A stretch of DNA of 64,000 nucleotides, taken from assembly GCA_973851085.1 (NCBI GenBank), contig OZ316776.1:7130001-7194000 (forward strand). Reading direction: 5' to 3'. Under the pieces are notes generated by a model. That model did no database searches. It had not been told where the DNA came from and saw only the letters and a list, made by a program, of their open reading frames with translations. Below, in pieces: positions 23,862 to 37,553 of the stretch. Source of the DNA: Ptychomitrium polyphyllum. Taxonomy: Eukaryota. Each line of letters opens with the position of its first letter. Position 1 is the stretch's first letter. The translations under genes and the position numbers were made by a program.

Positions 23862-26800
23862 GAAGAAGATTTTAAAATTTCCATGTGCCTTAACATTCCA
23901 GTGCAGTACATCAAGAATTTGCAAATCTTTACCCTCGCTATATGATACATGTATCATACAATGTTCTCAAGGATGACATATATTTGTTCCAAGTTCCATG
24001 TATACTACCAGCTTTGCAATCAATCAAATGTATGCACTTTACAACCTAACCATGTTCCATTTGTTTTAGAGATGCATTGTGCAACGTGAAAATGTGTGAC
24101 TTAGTTTTGGTACATATTTAGATTTCCATGTGCCTCAAAGTTTCACTACACTATATCAAGAATTTGCAATTCTATATCCTTCACCGTATGATACATGTAC
24201 CATACAATGTTCTCAAGGATGGAATACATTTGTTTCTTCTGCTATTTATGATTCTTTATTTCGACATTGAAGCACAATCTTTTATTCATTTTGACAAAAA
24301 CCTAAATTTCTTCCATGAGCTTGACTTGCATTAGAGCTTTAAATGAATATTTCCTTCACTGGTTTTCTTCAACATCCATTTCATTGCATTTACTTGAGTA
24401 TAATCTATCTCCATCTATTTTGTCTTTGCTTCCGTATCTTCAAAGTATCATCGTTGTTGTCCACTGCGCATTAAACATTTTTGTGCAAATGATTGAATAT
24501 TTGCATTGGTCAATCCTACAACAAACAAAGCCAAGAAGTTGGAATGATTTCATTCTATTCTTGCTTGCTCTGCTATATTAGAACGTTGTCCTAATCAACG
24601 CACAAAAAAATCATTGCATGAAATGTGAAATTTTCTTTCACACATGCTATCACAATCATATAGATTAGAAGCTTTTGGAAGGACCAAGAAGGTTCAAGGA
24701 GGTCTAGGAAGGTTCCTATAAGGTCTAAGGAAATTCAAGAAGGTTTTGAGAAGATCCAAGAAGGTCTAGGAAGGTTCCGAAGAAGCTACCTTGGTTAAAG
24801 AAGCTTCCAAAGGAGCAATTCAAGGTTGCTTGAGTACGAAGCCTTCTATTGGAATCCTCTTGTGAAGCTTCCAAGGCTTTTCTTTCTAGTATATGTAAGA
24901 ATAAAAGTTGGAGAGATTTTGAGTCTAGACAACGCAGATTTTGTGGCCCAGTTTAGACTTTTTAGATTTAAACCTTATTGTGATATAAGTCTAGTTAGAC
25001 CATCCCCTTGTGTTGATTCCTTGTCTTGTCTTTCCATGCATAATACATGCTGAGTCTCAATAAATTTCAAATCGTGCCTTCAACTTAAGTAATGTAAGAA
25101 TTTTCTTTTGTTGACACAATGCTTGTAGAACTAAACAATTTGAAATATCATCTTACATGATGTTGTATCATGATCAATGTATTGATCCATTGCCTAATGG
25201 TACCGTTACACATTTTGCTGCTTGTTCCTGATTAATGTACACAAGTAAATTCAATACATATGTAAAGATGCATGCGTACACTCAAATCATACGTATTGGT
25301 GACTTATGAAATCCACAACTTTAAATGCACCTTCCAAATGAAACTACTTCAACTAAGTAATTTTACATTATTTTACCTTTCTACCTAGAATTTCCTTCTA
25401 TCTACCACATCTTGCATATTCTTCCTTTGATTCTTCTAACAAACTACTAATAGTCCATACAACATGGAAATTTGTTGTTGTATGTTTTGAATAATACTTA
25501 CTAATTTTTGCTTATGTCAAAATTTAGGAGTCTTTGGTTATAGGTAATGCTTTCATTCAACAACAATGAATTAATAAAGTCACAATTAAATGCCACAATA
25601 GTTCAAAATAAAGCTCTAAATCATTGCACCCAACCAATGTAAGACTTGCCACTTTGAATATGGTAACCTATAGTTCTTCTACATTCCAAACTCCTTCTTT
25701 TACAAATTATGATAATACATCTTGACAGGCCCCTCCTATGTACTCTCTCTACTATGCAAATTGCTCTCCAAAGCTAAACATGCATCATCACACTTTGGTT
25801 TGTATTCCTGCAAGCAACATAAAATCCATCTAATTATCCCTTTTGTGATATCTACAAAAGACTACTGGTATTCCAAGAGGACCACTAAAACGCGTTCCAC
25901 GCTATACAGTAGCTCACTAATTTAGAATATCATTCTCTAGAATACCATCATTGTGAAGGACCTTTTATTCTTCCATTTTAATGCAAGAAGTACTTCAAAC
26001 ATGCATGCTTGCAACATGTGTGCCCAAACACATTCTTTAACAATGGCTTTTCAGATAGTAAATCTCAACTCTACAAACAACTCAACTACAAATTCCCTCA
26101 AAGCTCTTTAGTTCTAGATAGCACTTAGATTTGTAAGCACAAAATTCAAGTGCTGATCTTGTCACAATACGTTCTTCCAAAAAGACATGGATTTAATCAT
26201 TCATATACTTGATTCTAAGAGGCACTCTTACAATTGTTGTGTCTTCTCTATAGTAAATAGACATCTCAACATTCCATGTGCACGATCAAATGACTTCAAA
26301 ATCTAAATGGTCCCTGATCATTTCCTACATCTAAATGGTCCATGTTCATTTGCCACCAGTGTCTACAAGATTCAGGTGTCACATATCACTATTGTGCAAG
26401 GAAGTACAAAAATCTATACATTACATGATCCAAAACGTGACGTCCTTCATAGCGTGGAAAGAGCCCTAGCCACCATGTCTAGATCCAGGTGATGCTGGGC
26501 AGCGGCCATTGCTTGTTTATGATAGAACCACAAAAAGAATACTCGTACTTTTGGCAGCCCAAAAGTGCAGGTGAAATTTGGATCCTTTAAAACCAATGGA
26601 TGTGTCCGGACACCTACGATGAAGTTGCAAATGGCCAATCGAAGAATCTTTGGAAAAGGCGCTTTCCGACCGTTGCTGCCATGTGCCTCTTGATTGATGT
26701 GTACGAAGAGTACGTCATGTCTACATTGTACGTTTGTTGAGGAGCACCATCTGTGCAAACGCATCCATGTCATAGCTCTAGCCATTCCTAAACCATCACC

Positions 26801-28940
26801 AATTCAAAATCCACTGTTCACTTTGGAGTGGCACATGTCTTCATGGTAGGTGGGCATCTTTGGTACAAAGTACAACTTTGTGCTTCAAAGTCACTCTGGA
26901 ATACAATTGATCTACCAATTGTGTATGGTCCGATGATCTTCCAATGATTTACACTATTGCACATCTGCGATAGTTCATACTAGTGACTGAGTAAGCATAA
27001 AGAACCAAGTGGTGGTGTTGGGAGGAGGCATGTAAAAGTCATGGATATTCCAATCTAAAAACACACCTGGTATTCTCAAAGTCCTAGCAAAATCTGACAC
27101 ATTCAAACCTCTCTGAAGCTCCTCTGTGATACTCACTTGGAAATCTGCCAGCTAGAGTGGTGACACATAAACACGATACATATTCGGAAGGTGGTGACAC
27201 TTACACTTGATATAAACTCGGAAGGTGGTTCTCGAGGAGCTTATGCGAGGTTCTTGTCACAGCCTCTCGGGCTGGTTTTCTGTCTAATGGGGGCTCCTGG
27301 CAGAAGCGGAGACCATTATTACCATGTCTTGCTCATTTATCGTGTGGATCTGGGTGTAGACTGTTAAGAGTGTAAATAAATTGTATGGAAACAATGATAT
27401 CTTGTACAATTGATGCGTCAAGGTGTGAGTTTTGCTGGGTTTTCCAGCATTGCCTCAACTTCTGTGACTTGGGATTTGTGTGGCGAACAGTATTCGACTA
27501 AAGTTTAGAGTGAATTTGAATAAGTTGATTCTCTGAGCTCACTCTCGTTTTGTTGTTACTGTATGTATGAATTTGATTATCGGTGTCTAGAACAGGAGGG
27601 TGAAACACTGTGATCATCTCGTTTACAGGGCATTGTTGGGCTTACAAGGCGTCAGAGGCGGCATTTGCATAAGGCCTACAAGCAGAATTATGGTCAGGGT
27701 CAGAAAATTCCTTCAGTGCTCGTAAGAAGGAAAAAGCAAGATGCCTGGTACCACCGGAACCCTTCATCACGGAAGCCCTCCACTCAGTGAAACAAGTTCT
27801 TGTGGTGGAGACTTCTCAATAATTGAACTTGACAGTACGGTTGAATTCTACCTACATACAGAGCGGGAGCATTGGTAACTTGCCTTACATGTAAAGCACA
27901 CTGCAATCTCACAGTATTAGGCACGAAAAATGAAGAGGTGACCGCATTCTGGACTTAATTCGCTGTCTCTGGAGCTAATTGCTTTCTGGAAGTTGGGAAG
28001 TCACATGCGGTCTGGATAATGCTGCCGTGTAGTATGACTTTGAAGTACACGACAATGGTATCACATTGCAGTAGCATCAGTACTCAGTGTGCAGCCTGTT
28101 TTTGTGTGGAGCAGTGCGGCCGTGTTGTGCTTGAATCTGAAGAAACGATGCCCCTTTCACATTGAGCCTCACGAATGACCACATGAGTGGACAGAAATTT
28201 CTTATGTACCGGTATCCATCGAATTCCAGAATCTCGTCCTTCAAAAAGAACTGGAACAACAAAAACCAGACATCAGAGAATCTCGAACCGTCTGCTCTGA
28301 GGAGGTGATGTGCGGATTGGGGGCCCAGAAAGCAGCCACTTCAGGACTCGTTCAATTCAGTTTAGCTGCGTAGAACTTCAAAGACTTGTTGGTGGGCTTC
28401 AGTGGGTTTCACGACTGGCAGTCTCTGTCCACGGATTTGGTAATGTCTCAAAGTAGTTTCATGCATGCCATTAAGCTCGCTGCTTAATTCCTATTAACAC
28501 CAGAGCTATACAATATATACATACTTTATTATATACAATAACACAACAAACTGGGGTCACCGATGTTTCGGATTACAAGTGCGGCTTAACTGGAAATCAG
28601 CTGTGCTCCTAGCTAGGTGCCATCAACCTTGCACCAAAGATAAGTATCCCAGGAACGCACGCTGTCCAGTACCTAAGCCTTTTATTCTACTTTTATTCAG
28701 TCTGTATAAACTCAAGCAGCTTCACAAGCTGCAAGAGTGCACGCACGGTGGCGTTGCATAAGTGACACACACAATAAAATCCACACAACTTACATAGCCC
28801 GGCGACATAACTTCCAGTGCTACACACCTAGTACACAACATCACAACACAAATCGTACAGTTTTATGCTACAAGTCCCGCTTGAGAAACCCAGGATGCAG
28901 CACATCCCAGATCAAGTAGGCCAGCGATCCGACGAGCTCG

Positions 28941-30013
28941 CTACACGTCCTTGGACATAGCCGGAGCAAATACAATATCGTTCTCCACAAGCATGTGACA
29001 CGCCTCATCACCATGTGCGATCTTCAGAGCTTTAAAGGCGGGGTGACGAGACAGCCACTGCGCAGTGTTGATGTGGCAGATCGCGACGGCTTTGATACGA
29101 GTGGATTCGGAGCCCTCCGGTTTGAGAGTCGCCTGGATGATCTTCGTGCCTGTCACACGATGACAGTAGTACAGCGCCACGGGGAAGGCAATGTGATGGC
29201 AGACAACGATTTTCTTACCCTCGGCGACTGAGCCCTTGGCGACATCGAGAATGGCAACTGGCTCCTTCGAGGCCGGGGCTGAGGCCGGTGCGCCGCTAGT
29301 TGAGTACACCTTAACTTCGTGGCCCAGTTCAGCGGCCACGAAGGTGGCCACAGACTCAGTAGATGCAGCGCAGGCCCTGGATTCGCCGGGGAGGGCCGCG
29401 CTGCCGCACAGATACGCGGCGGTGGCAACGTCAGTGGCCTCGGTAGAGTCGCGCGCCACGCCGAAGTGCTGCATCAGGGTCAACGCGTTAGAAGATGTAA
29501 GGGAAGGCAGTTTGGCCACAGCAGAACTTGTCAGGAACTCTCTCCTGGGGGCGGGGTCATGCAGATTCCCGTCCAAGGTCATCTTGGCGCCTGCGACCAT
29601 CGCAGTCTCCAGGAAGAAGTCTCGCTGCAGGTCGTTCACCGTGACAATCGAAGCGTCGCGAAGACGGGCTGCATCCGCGACATCCGATTCGGCCGTCTGC
29701 CGAAGAAGATCATCGCTAAGGCAGATCAGCGCACTAGATGAGCACACTGCGGAGAGAAGATGAGCGGACGAGCTGCTGCTTACCGCCTTCCCGATCGGCC
29801 TACCAGCCAGACTCACCCCAACCTGCATTTCCAGACAAGACACACTCTCGAAGTTAGACCAGCCCCGCAACTCACAACACATCAAGTGCACACTGCATGC
29901 GTAGATCGAATGTAAACAACAGCAAATGATAAGCTAGAGGGGTTTTGTGGACTTACCATGGAGCTCGCTGCTGCCAGGACGAACACAAGGACGTGAAGGT
30001 GCTGAATCGCCAT
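28941..30013 (-). CDS. BURP-domain protein copy 2; exons 30013-29957 and 29822-28941
   Basis: Reverse complement of copy 1 (coordinate sum 40239); identical translation in the ORF track; splice sites intact. Confidence 0.93.
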
Positions 30014-30123
30014 TCTGTCAACAGCCGGAGATATGAGACACTAGAGCGGGTTCGTACAGATCAGAGAGAGCTGAGTGCGTGAGGGGTAGGCAGTGGGTGA
30101 TCTTAACTGCGGACGCCTGCATC

Positions 30124-30130
30124 TTTTATA
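30124..30130 (-). promoter_or_regulatory. TATA box of BURP copy 2
   Basis: TTTTATA on +, same position relative to the ATG as in copy 1. Confidence 0.7.
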
Positions 30131-31036
30131 CGCTTCCAAACTTCCATCGCGCATGCCCAATTGCCCGCAGGTGCTTTTCTCTGCCCGAGTGGGCCTGGCT
30201 CGACAGAGCAGCTGGCGGACGAGCCGCGGTGGACTGCGAATCCCCTTCCCCACCTCAAAGCTGGCTCTCCAGAATGTTCACCACCTTTCAGCCCAGCGTC
30301 GTAGACTGCTGGAACCGGATCGGCCTAAGACATCTTTGCGTGTCTCTCGAGATAAGTGATCGCGATGCATACCAACCAGTTCACCAACACCTCTTATTTG
30401 AGTCACCTGGAATAAGTATCTGGAGGTTAGTGGACGTGAAATCACCAGGGTTGGGTGCAGCTTGCAATAAATCCGATTTTCTGATTTTCTGCAGGTCGCA
30501 GCTCTATCAAACACGTTTATGCTTTGAAATTGGCCAATGGCATTGCAGAACCAGCGGATTTTTCCAATCGATAGCCCTCGACACGGATCACAGCGCCAAT
30601 TTACTAGTTGATTCCGCACACTTACAATCAGTTGCCTCGTCAAAGTTGGCGACATTTTTACCCGCCCATGAGATTCCCTGGATGTTTAATCTGAAACTTT
30701 CTGCTCAAAGGTGGAGATGAAAAATTCTGCCTAGATCTCATGTGGTGTACATGTGTCCGTGTATGTATCCTGTGGTGCTGATCTTATGATTCAAATCACT
30801 TAGTTTGTGCTTCGTAAACTCGTACTAGCAGGGTTAATTCCGACCAACTCCATTAAAGGTCTTGTTCTCGAGAAGAACACAAATGCATGCCCGCGGCGGA
30901 TCAGACAGCCTGCTCCTACTAAACAATCAGGTATCCTGGCCTTCACAAGCAGAGAACCAGCGCTAACCGCTCACTGTTGCGCAGCTTGATGTCACCACCA
31001 GAGGGTCATGAATCGACCCCAAAGTAATTGCTCCCA
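30130..31036 (-). promoter_or_regulatory. P repeat, upstream region of BURP copy 2 (Z-P-G)
   Basis: Reverse complement of 9203-10109. Confidence 0.85.
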
Positions 31037-34000
31037 GAATGTGATGGCACCTAACTATTCACGGTGTGGACGTTAAGAATTGAGAAGGCCTGTTTATGCC
31101 GTTCTGTTCTACCTACTGAAGGGGTTTTCTAAATGGCCGGAGGTAACGGAGTTGTCGGTCAAATGGTATTGTCTGTTGCATATTGGTGTTTAGGCTTTGA
31201 TTTGTGCTGATTCCAGGAATAAAGGGGTCTTATAATCTGTTCAGTTGATTTGGCACAGCTATAGATTTCATAAATTGAGGTTACAGGGTTTAGACCTAGA
31301 TGACTGAGGAAACAAGATAGTCGAATGAAATTGTGGTTTAGGTGTGTTTTGAAAGTTTCAGGTATTTTGTTCACATTGAGATGTTTGGGTTTATATTTAT
31401 AGTGTAAATTTTGGAGTCGTGCATAGAAAGAATCATAACACTTTAGAAAACACTAAAATAATAACAAGAAATCGGACTAGGTGTAATGTGTAATAGATTC
31501 GTTTGTGAAAGGCCTTCAATAAATTCTTCATGAGCATGTGGGATTTATGGCCTCTTACGTACTTTTTTTTTTTGGGTGTGAATCCGGAATACCTGTAGGG
31601 CATAAAGGTTTAAGCGAAGCCAGGAGGAGGAACCGTGACGAAGTCTCTTGACCGTCGTCCCCACCATAGTCAAACCCAACAGCATGATCAGCATGGCGAT
31701 AAGGTTCCACAGGGTCGACCGCTTTCGTATGCATCAGCTTGCACCGGGATGGAGACGCAGCACCGGCTTCACCAACAACATTGATTCTCTCCTCTCTTCA
31801 CTAGTCACTCTGCTGCGGAGGATAATCATTGTAATTTTCAATTATTGCAAAGGATTCGTATTTGGCATCGACGCTGCTCCATCGAGCACCAGTGCTAGAA
31901 TGTAAAGGTCCGTGGATTTAAAGTGCAGAAAGTAAACCGTGCACTCCTTGTGTGAACATATGTTTGGGTTATGAGTAAGTTGAACGTGACACAGACTTGT
32001 GTGGTGAGTTGAATGTGCGACAGACTAGTGTGGTAAGTGAACGTGACACAGACTTGTGTGGTAGTGAGGGGGCAAGCAGGATAAATTGGACAACTTGAGC
32101 TGCACTTTGGTCACCTAAAACTTGAGAGTAAAGCAGGCGACGAATAGTGAGGAAAGTAAGTGACGAATAGTGAGAGGAAAGTGAGTGACGAGTAGTGAGA
32201 GGATAGTGAGTGATGAATAGTGAGAGTAATGCAAGTTGTAAATGTGAAGTGAATTAAAGGTAACAAATATTTATTGAGAACATGATTTTTGAGATTGAAA
32301 TACTTATATTAGTGTGTTAAACAATATACATTTTGACATGACATATCCAAAATTCTTTGAAGGTGTTGTTTGAAATATAAAGTTCAAAACATCTTCAAAC
32401 ATCACCTTTACTTATCTTTTATACTCCTTTTGAAAATGTGGGTATGGATTGTTATACATTTAACAATTGCTTGAGTTTTTAATGCAATGTTCTATCAACT
32501 TGTATATTTTTGTTATACCTTTGAAACACATTATAAAAGTATCAAACATTAAAGGCAAAGAAAATAAGGAAAAATTGCACATATACACATTGTACAAAGT
32601 ACAATTATCACATATATAATACTCTAATAGGTTAAAAATCAATTTATCAAGAGGAACTCATTGTGAAATAAAAATATTCCACTTTGATGCGTTTCTTTGA
32701 GGCTTTTGATTTGAACAAAATAAAGGGCCACCTCATTGTTGGATACAATTAGAAGGTTGATTTGTAAGTAGGGTGAATATGATATACATGTCATAATATG
32801 AGTCATACATTCCGTAACATGCCTACCTTTGTAGCCATCATTTTATAAAATGTACTTTCTGCTATTCTAGTATTTAAGAAAACAATAAGGGATTGTACCA
32901 ACCTTACCATGTCACATCTGCACAAACATCTCACTTCTTATATTAGTTAATCCATATAACTTTTTATTTTTATTCATATTAATATCGCTCTAATTGGATT
33001 TCTATACATGCTTCAAAATTATTATGAGCATCTTGCATGCACAAAACCAATGAATGGTTCTACAAACCTGCCAAACATGATACAATTGTGTCATATACTA
33101 TAACAAATTTCTCTCAAATAAGGCATTTATTGAAGTCAAAATTTTCAATGAAATTTGGACAATAAATTTTACTACGCACTCAATTACATGAATTATGGCT
33201 TCAAAATCTAATATAATGATATCATACACAATCAAACAATAATAGTGCCAAAACATTCAATTCATCCCTGCATTGAGATGTGGCTACTTTATTGTAGTTA
33301 AAAGCCTCCATGACAATACATTCTAACCTAGCAATATATGGACAATCTATGGATGTGTTCAAGTGATTAAATATTAGTTAAAAACTTAAAATTTTATATT
33401 TAATAGAATGTTTCTTAAGTTGAAATTTCTAATGAAATTTACATCATCAAAAAGATGGAATAATGACTCCATTTTGAAAGATTCAAAGCTTCAAATAAAT
33501 AACATCCATTCAAAGGAACACAACATCATTGCACATCAAGTATAGATTTACATAAATGTTTAAGTAAATAATACATACACTACCAAACAATTACAAATAG
33601 AGCTTGTTCAATGCTACAACAACTATAGATTCTTTAATGTGTATCCAAGCTTACAAATACGCTTACGTGATCTAACAAAAACAACACACAATGTCTTCAT
33701 ACTCTACACCCTAGCAAATTTATAATTCACTAATTAAAAGTGAAAAGGCTCCTACAACATCATAAACACTAACTTCGCATCCAAAGATTAGTTGCATCTA
33801 TCTACAATTTATAAATTCAAAATATCATTCTCTAGAATACTGTCATTGCGAAGGATCTTTTATTCATGCATATTTCTGCCAAAAGTATCCAAACATGTAT
33901 GCTTACAACAAGTGTGCTCAAACTCATCCTTTAACAATGGCTTTTGCAGGTGGTAATCTTCAATTCCATAAACAACTCAATTACAAATTCCCTCAAAGCT

Positions 34001-36646
34001 TTTCCGTACAAGATAGCATTTGCATATGTGTCTATTACATTCATGTGCTCATGTGGTCGCAATACATAACTACAAAAGAACATGGACATAGTCCTTGATG
34101 TATTTGATTCCAAAACACCCTCTTACAAATGTTGTGTCTTCCCCCTCGTGAATAGACATCTCAACGTTCCATGTGCACAATCAAACCACTTCAAAATCCA
34201 AATGGTCAATGTTCATTTGCTACCAGTGCCTACAAGATTCAGATGTCACATATCACTAACGCCCGAGGAAGTACAAAATTCTATACATTGGATGATGCAA
34301 AAGATGATCTCCTTCATAACATGGAAAGACCTCTTGTCACACCATCTCTAGATCCACGTGATGTTGGGCAGCGGCCATTGCTTGTTTATGACAGAACCAC
34401 AAGAACAATACTCGTACTTTTGGCATTCCAAAAGTGCGGGTGAAATTTGGATCTTTTGAAACCAATGGATGTTTCCGGACACCTAAAGTGAAATTGCAAA
34501 TGGCCAATCAAAGAATCTTTGGAAAAGGCGCTTTCCGACCGTTGCTGCCATGTGCCTCTTGATTGGTGTGTACGAAGAGTACGTCATGTCTACATCGTAC
34601 GTTTGTTGAGGAGCACCTTCTGTGCAAACGCGTCCTTGTCATAGCTATAGCCATTCCTTGAGCCATCACCAATGCAAAATCCACTGCTCACTTTGGAGTG
34701 GCAGTTGTCTTCATGGTAGGTGAGCATCTTTGGTACAAAGTACAACTTTGTGCTTCAAAGTACTTTGAGAATATAATCTTTGATCTTCTTATCTATGCAG
34801 TTGCAAAGGACTTAGTCAACAAGGAGGAGGATTTCTTCTTTAATAGGGTATAACTAAGCTTTTGTGGTGTAGGAATTGTTATTGTCTTACACTATAATCA
34901 ACTTGATTCGGGTTCTTCCATTATTTAAGACATGTGTCTAATCCTTTGAATCATTTGTGCTAATGCCTCAATTTGTTGAAATACTATTATTTAGACTATT
35001 TTTGACAAGACATTGTTGGTTGGTGTACCATTTGACATGACACATGACTGTCTCAAACTTGCTTATAATGTGCAAATTCATGCTTATAGCCTGCTTGAAT
35101 TCAAACATCGTTGCTTCTATTATAGTGTAAGCCAATTGGAAATAAGATTGTAGGCCAATGTATCTTATTATTTTATGTTAAAGTGTATAATTACATATAC
35201 AACCTTTGAACACAATCATTGAATACACATTTATCTTGCATGAATTGATTGAGCGTGAGTAATCACCAAAGACTTGTTATAGATTGAATGATGCAATTAA
35301 CCCAGTTGGCAAAATTTCCAAGTGAGTATCACAAAGAAGCTTCACAAAGGCTTGACTTATGTTTCCAAGGTCAGATTTTGCTAGGACTTTGAGAATACCA
35401 GGTGTGTTTTTAGATTGGAATACCCATAACTTTACATGCCTCCTCCCAACACTACCACTTGGTTCTTTATGCTTACTCAGTCACTAGTATGAACTATCGC
35501 AGATGTGCAATAGTGTAAATCATTGGAAGATCATCGGACCATACACAATTGGCGGATCAATTGTATTCCAGAGTGACTTTGAAGCACAAAGCTGTACTTT
35601 GTACCAAAGATGCCCACCTACCATGAAGACATGTGCCACTCCAAAGTGAACAGTGGATTTTGCATTGGTGATGGCTCAAGGAATGGCTATAGCTATGACA
35701 TGGATGCGTTTGCACAGATGGTGCTCCTCAACAAACGTACAATGTAGACATGACGTACTCTTCGTACACATCAATCAAGAGGCACATGGCAGCAACGGTC
35801 GGAAAGCGCCTTTTCCAAAGATTCTTCGATTGGCCATTTGCAACTTCATCGTAGGTGTCCGGACACATCCATTGGTTTTAAAGGATCCAAATTTCACCTG
35901 CACTTTTGGGCTGCCAAAAGTACGAGTATTCTTTTTGTGGTTCTATCATAAACAAGCAATGGCCGCTGCCCAGCATCACCTGGATCTAGACATGGTGGCT
36001 AGGGCTCTTTCCACGCTATGAAGGACGTCACGTTTTGGATCATGTAATGTATAGATTTTTGTACTTCCTTGCACAATAGTGATATGTGACACCTGAATCT
36101 TGTAGACACTGGTGGCAAATGAACATGGACCATTTAGATGTAGGAAATGATCAGGGAGAATTTAGATGTAAGAAATGATCAGGGACCATTTAGATTTTGA
36201 AGTCATTTGATATTGCACAAGGAATGGTGAGGTGTTTACTTTGAGAAGGATGGCACAACAATTGTAAGAGTGTCTTTTAGAGTCAAGTATATCACTGATT
36301 AATTCCATTCTTCGTTGTATGAATGTATTGTGATGAGATTAGCACAGGAATTTAGCGGACATAGATCTATGTGCTACACAGAACTAGAAGGCTTTGCCGA
36401 GATTTGTAATTGAATTGTGTATAGAATTGAAAATTACTACCCAAAAACCGTTGGTACAAGATGGGCGCAAGCACACATTATAAGCATACATGTTTGAGTA
36501 CTTTTGGCAAAAGATATAAAAGAAGAAAGATCCTTCACAATGGTGACATCTTGAAAAATGATGTATTATACACGTTAATAAAAGAAAGAAATACCTTTAT
36601 CTACGATTGTATCTGACACCATAATAATACAGGTGACATCTCAATT

Positions 36647-37553
36647 TGGGAGCAATTATTTTGGGGTCGATTCATGACCCTCTGGTGGTGACATCAAGCT
36701 GCGCAACAGTGAGCGGTTAGCGCTGGTTCTCTGCTTGTGAAGGCCAGGATACCTGATTGTTTAGTAGGAGCAGGCTGTCTGATCCGCCGCGGGCATGCAT
36801 TTGTGTTCTTCTCGAGAACAAGACCTTTAATGGAGTTGGTCGGAATTAACCCTGCTAGTACGAGTTTACGAAGCACAAACTAAGTGATTTGAATCATAAG
36901 ATCAGCACCACAGGATACATACACGGACACATGTACACCACATGAGATCTAGGCAGAATTTTTCATCTCCACCTTTGAGCAGAAAGTTTCAGATTAAACA
37001 TCCAGGGAATCTCATGGGCGGGTAAAAATGTCGCCAACTTTGACGAGGCAACTGATTGTAAGTGTGCGGAATCAACTAGTAAATTGGCGCTGTGATCCGT
37101 GTCGAGGGCTATCGATTGGAAAAATCCGCTGGTTCTGCAATGCCATTGGCCAATTTCAAAGCATAAACGTGTTTGATAGAGCTGCGACCTGCAGAAAATC
37201 AGAAAATCGGATTTATTGCAAGCTGCACCCAACCCTGGTGATTTCACGTCCACTAACCTCCAGATACTTATTCCAGGTGACTCAAATAAGAGGTGTTGGT
37301 GAACTGGTTGGTATGCATCGCGATCACTTATCTCGAGAGACACGCAAAGATGTCTTAGGCCGATCCGGTTCCAGCAGTCTACGACGCTGGGCTGAAAGGT
37401 GGTGAACATTCTGGAGAGCCAGCTTTGAGGTGGGGAAGGGGATTCGCAGTCCACCGCGGCTCGTCCGCCAGCTGCTCTGTCGAGCCAGGCCCACTCGGGC
37501 AGAGAAAAGCACCTGCGGGCAATTGGGCATGCGCGATGGAAGTTTGAAAGCGT
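36647..37553 (+). repeat. P repeat, orphan (W-P-X)
   Basis: Offset 35919 from 728-1634, same flanks. Confidence 0.95.

Larger units (their letters stand above)
4084..36157. repeat. Inverted repeat, arms about 4084-17345 and 22955-36157 (13.2 kb), spacer 5.6 kb
   Basis: Constant coordinate sums of 40239-40241 and, beyond the 61-bp duplication, 40300. Confidence 0.93.
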
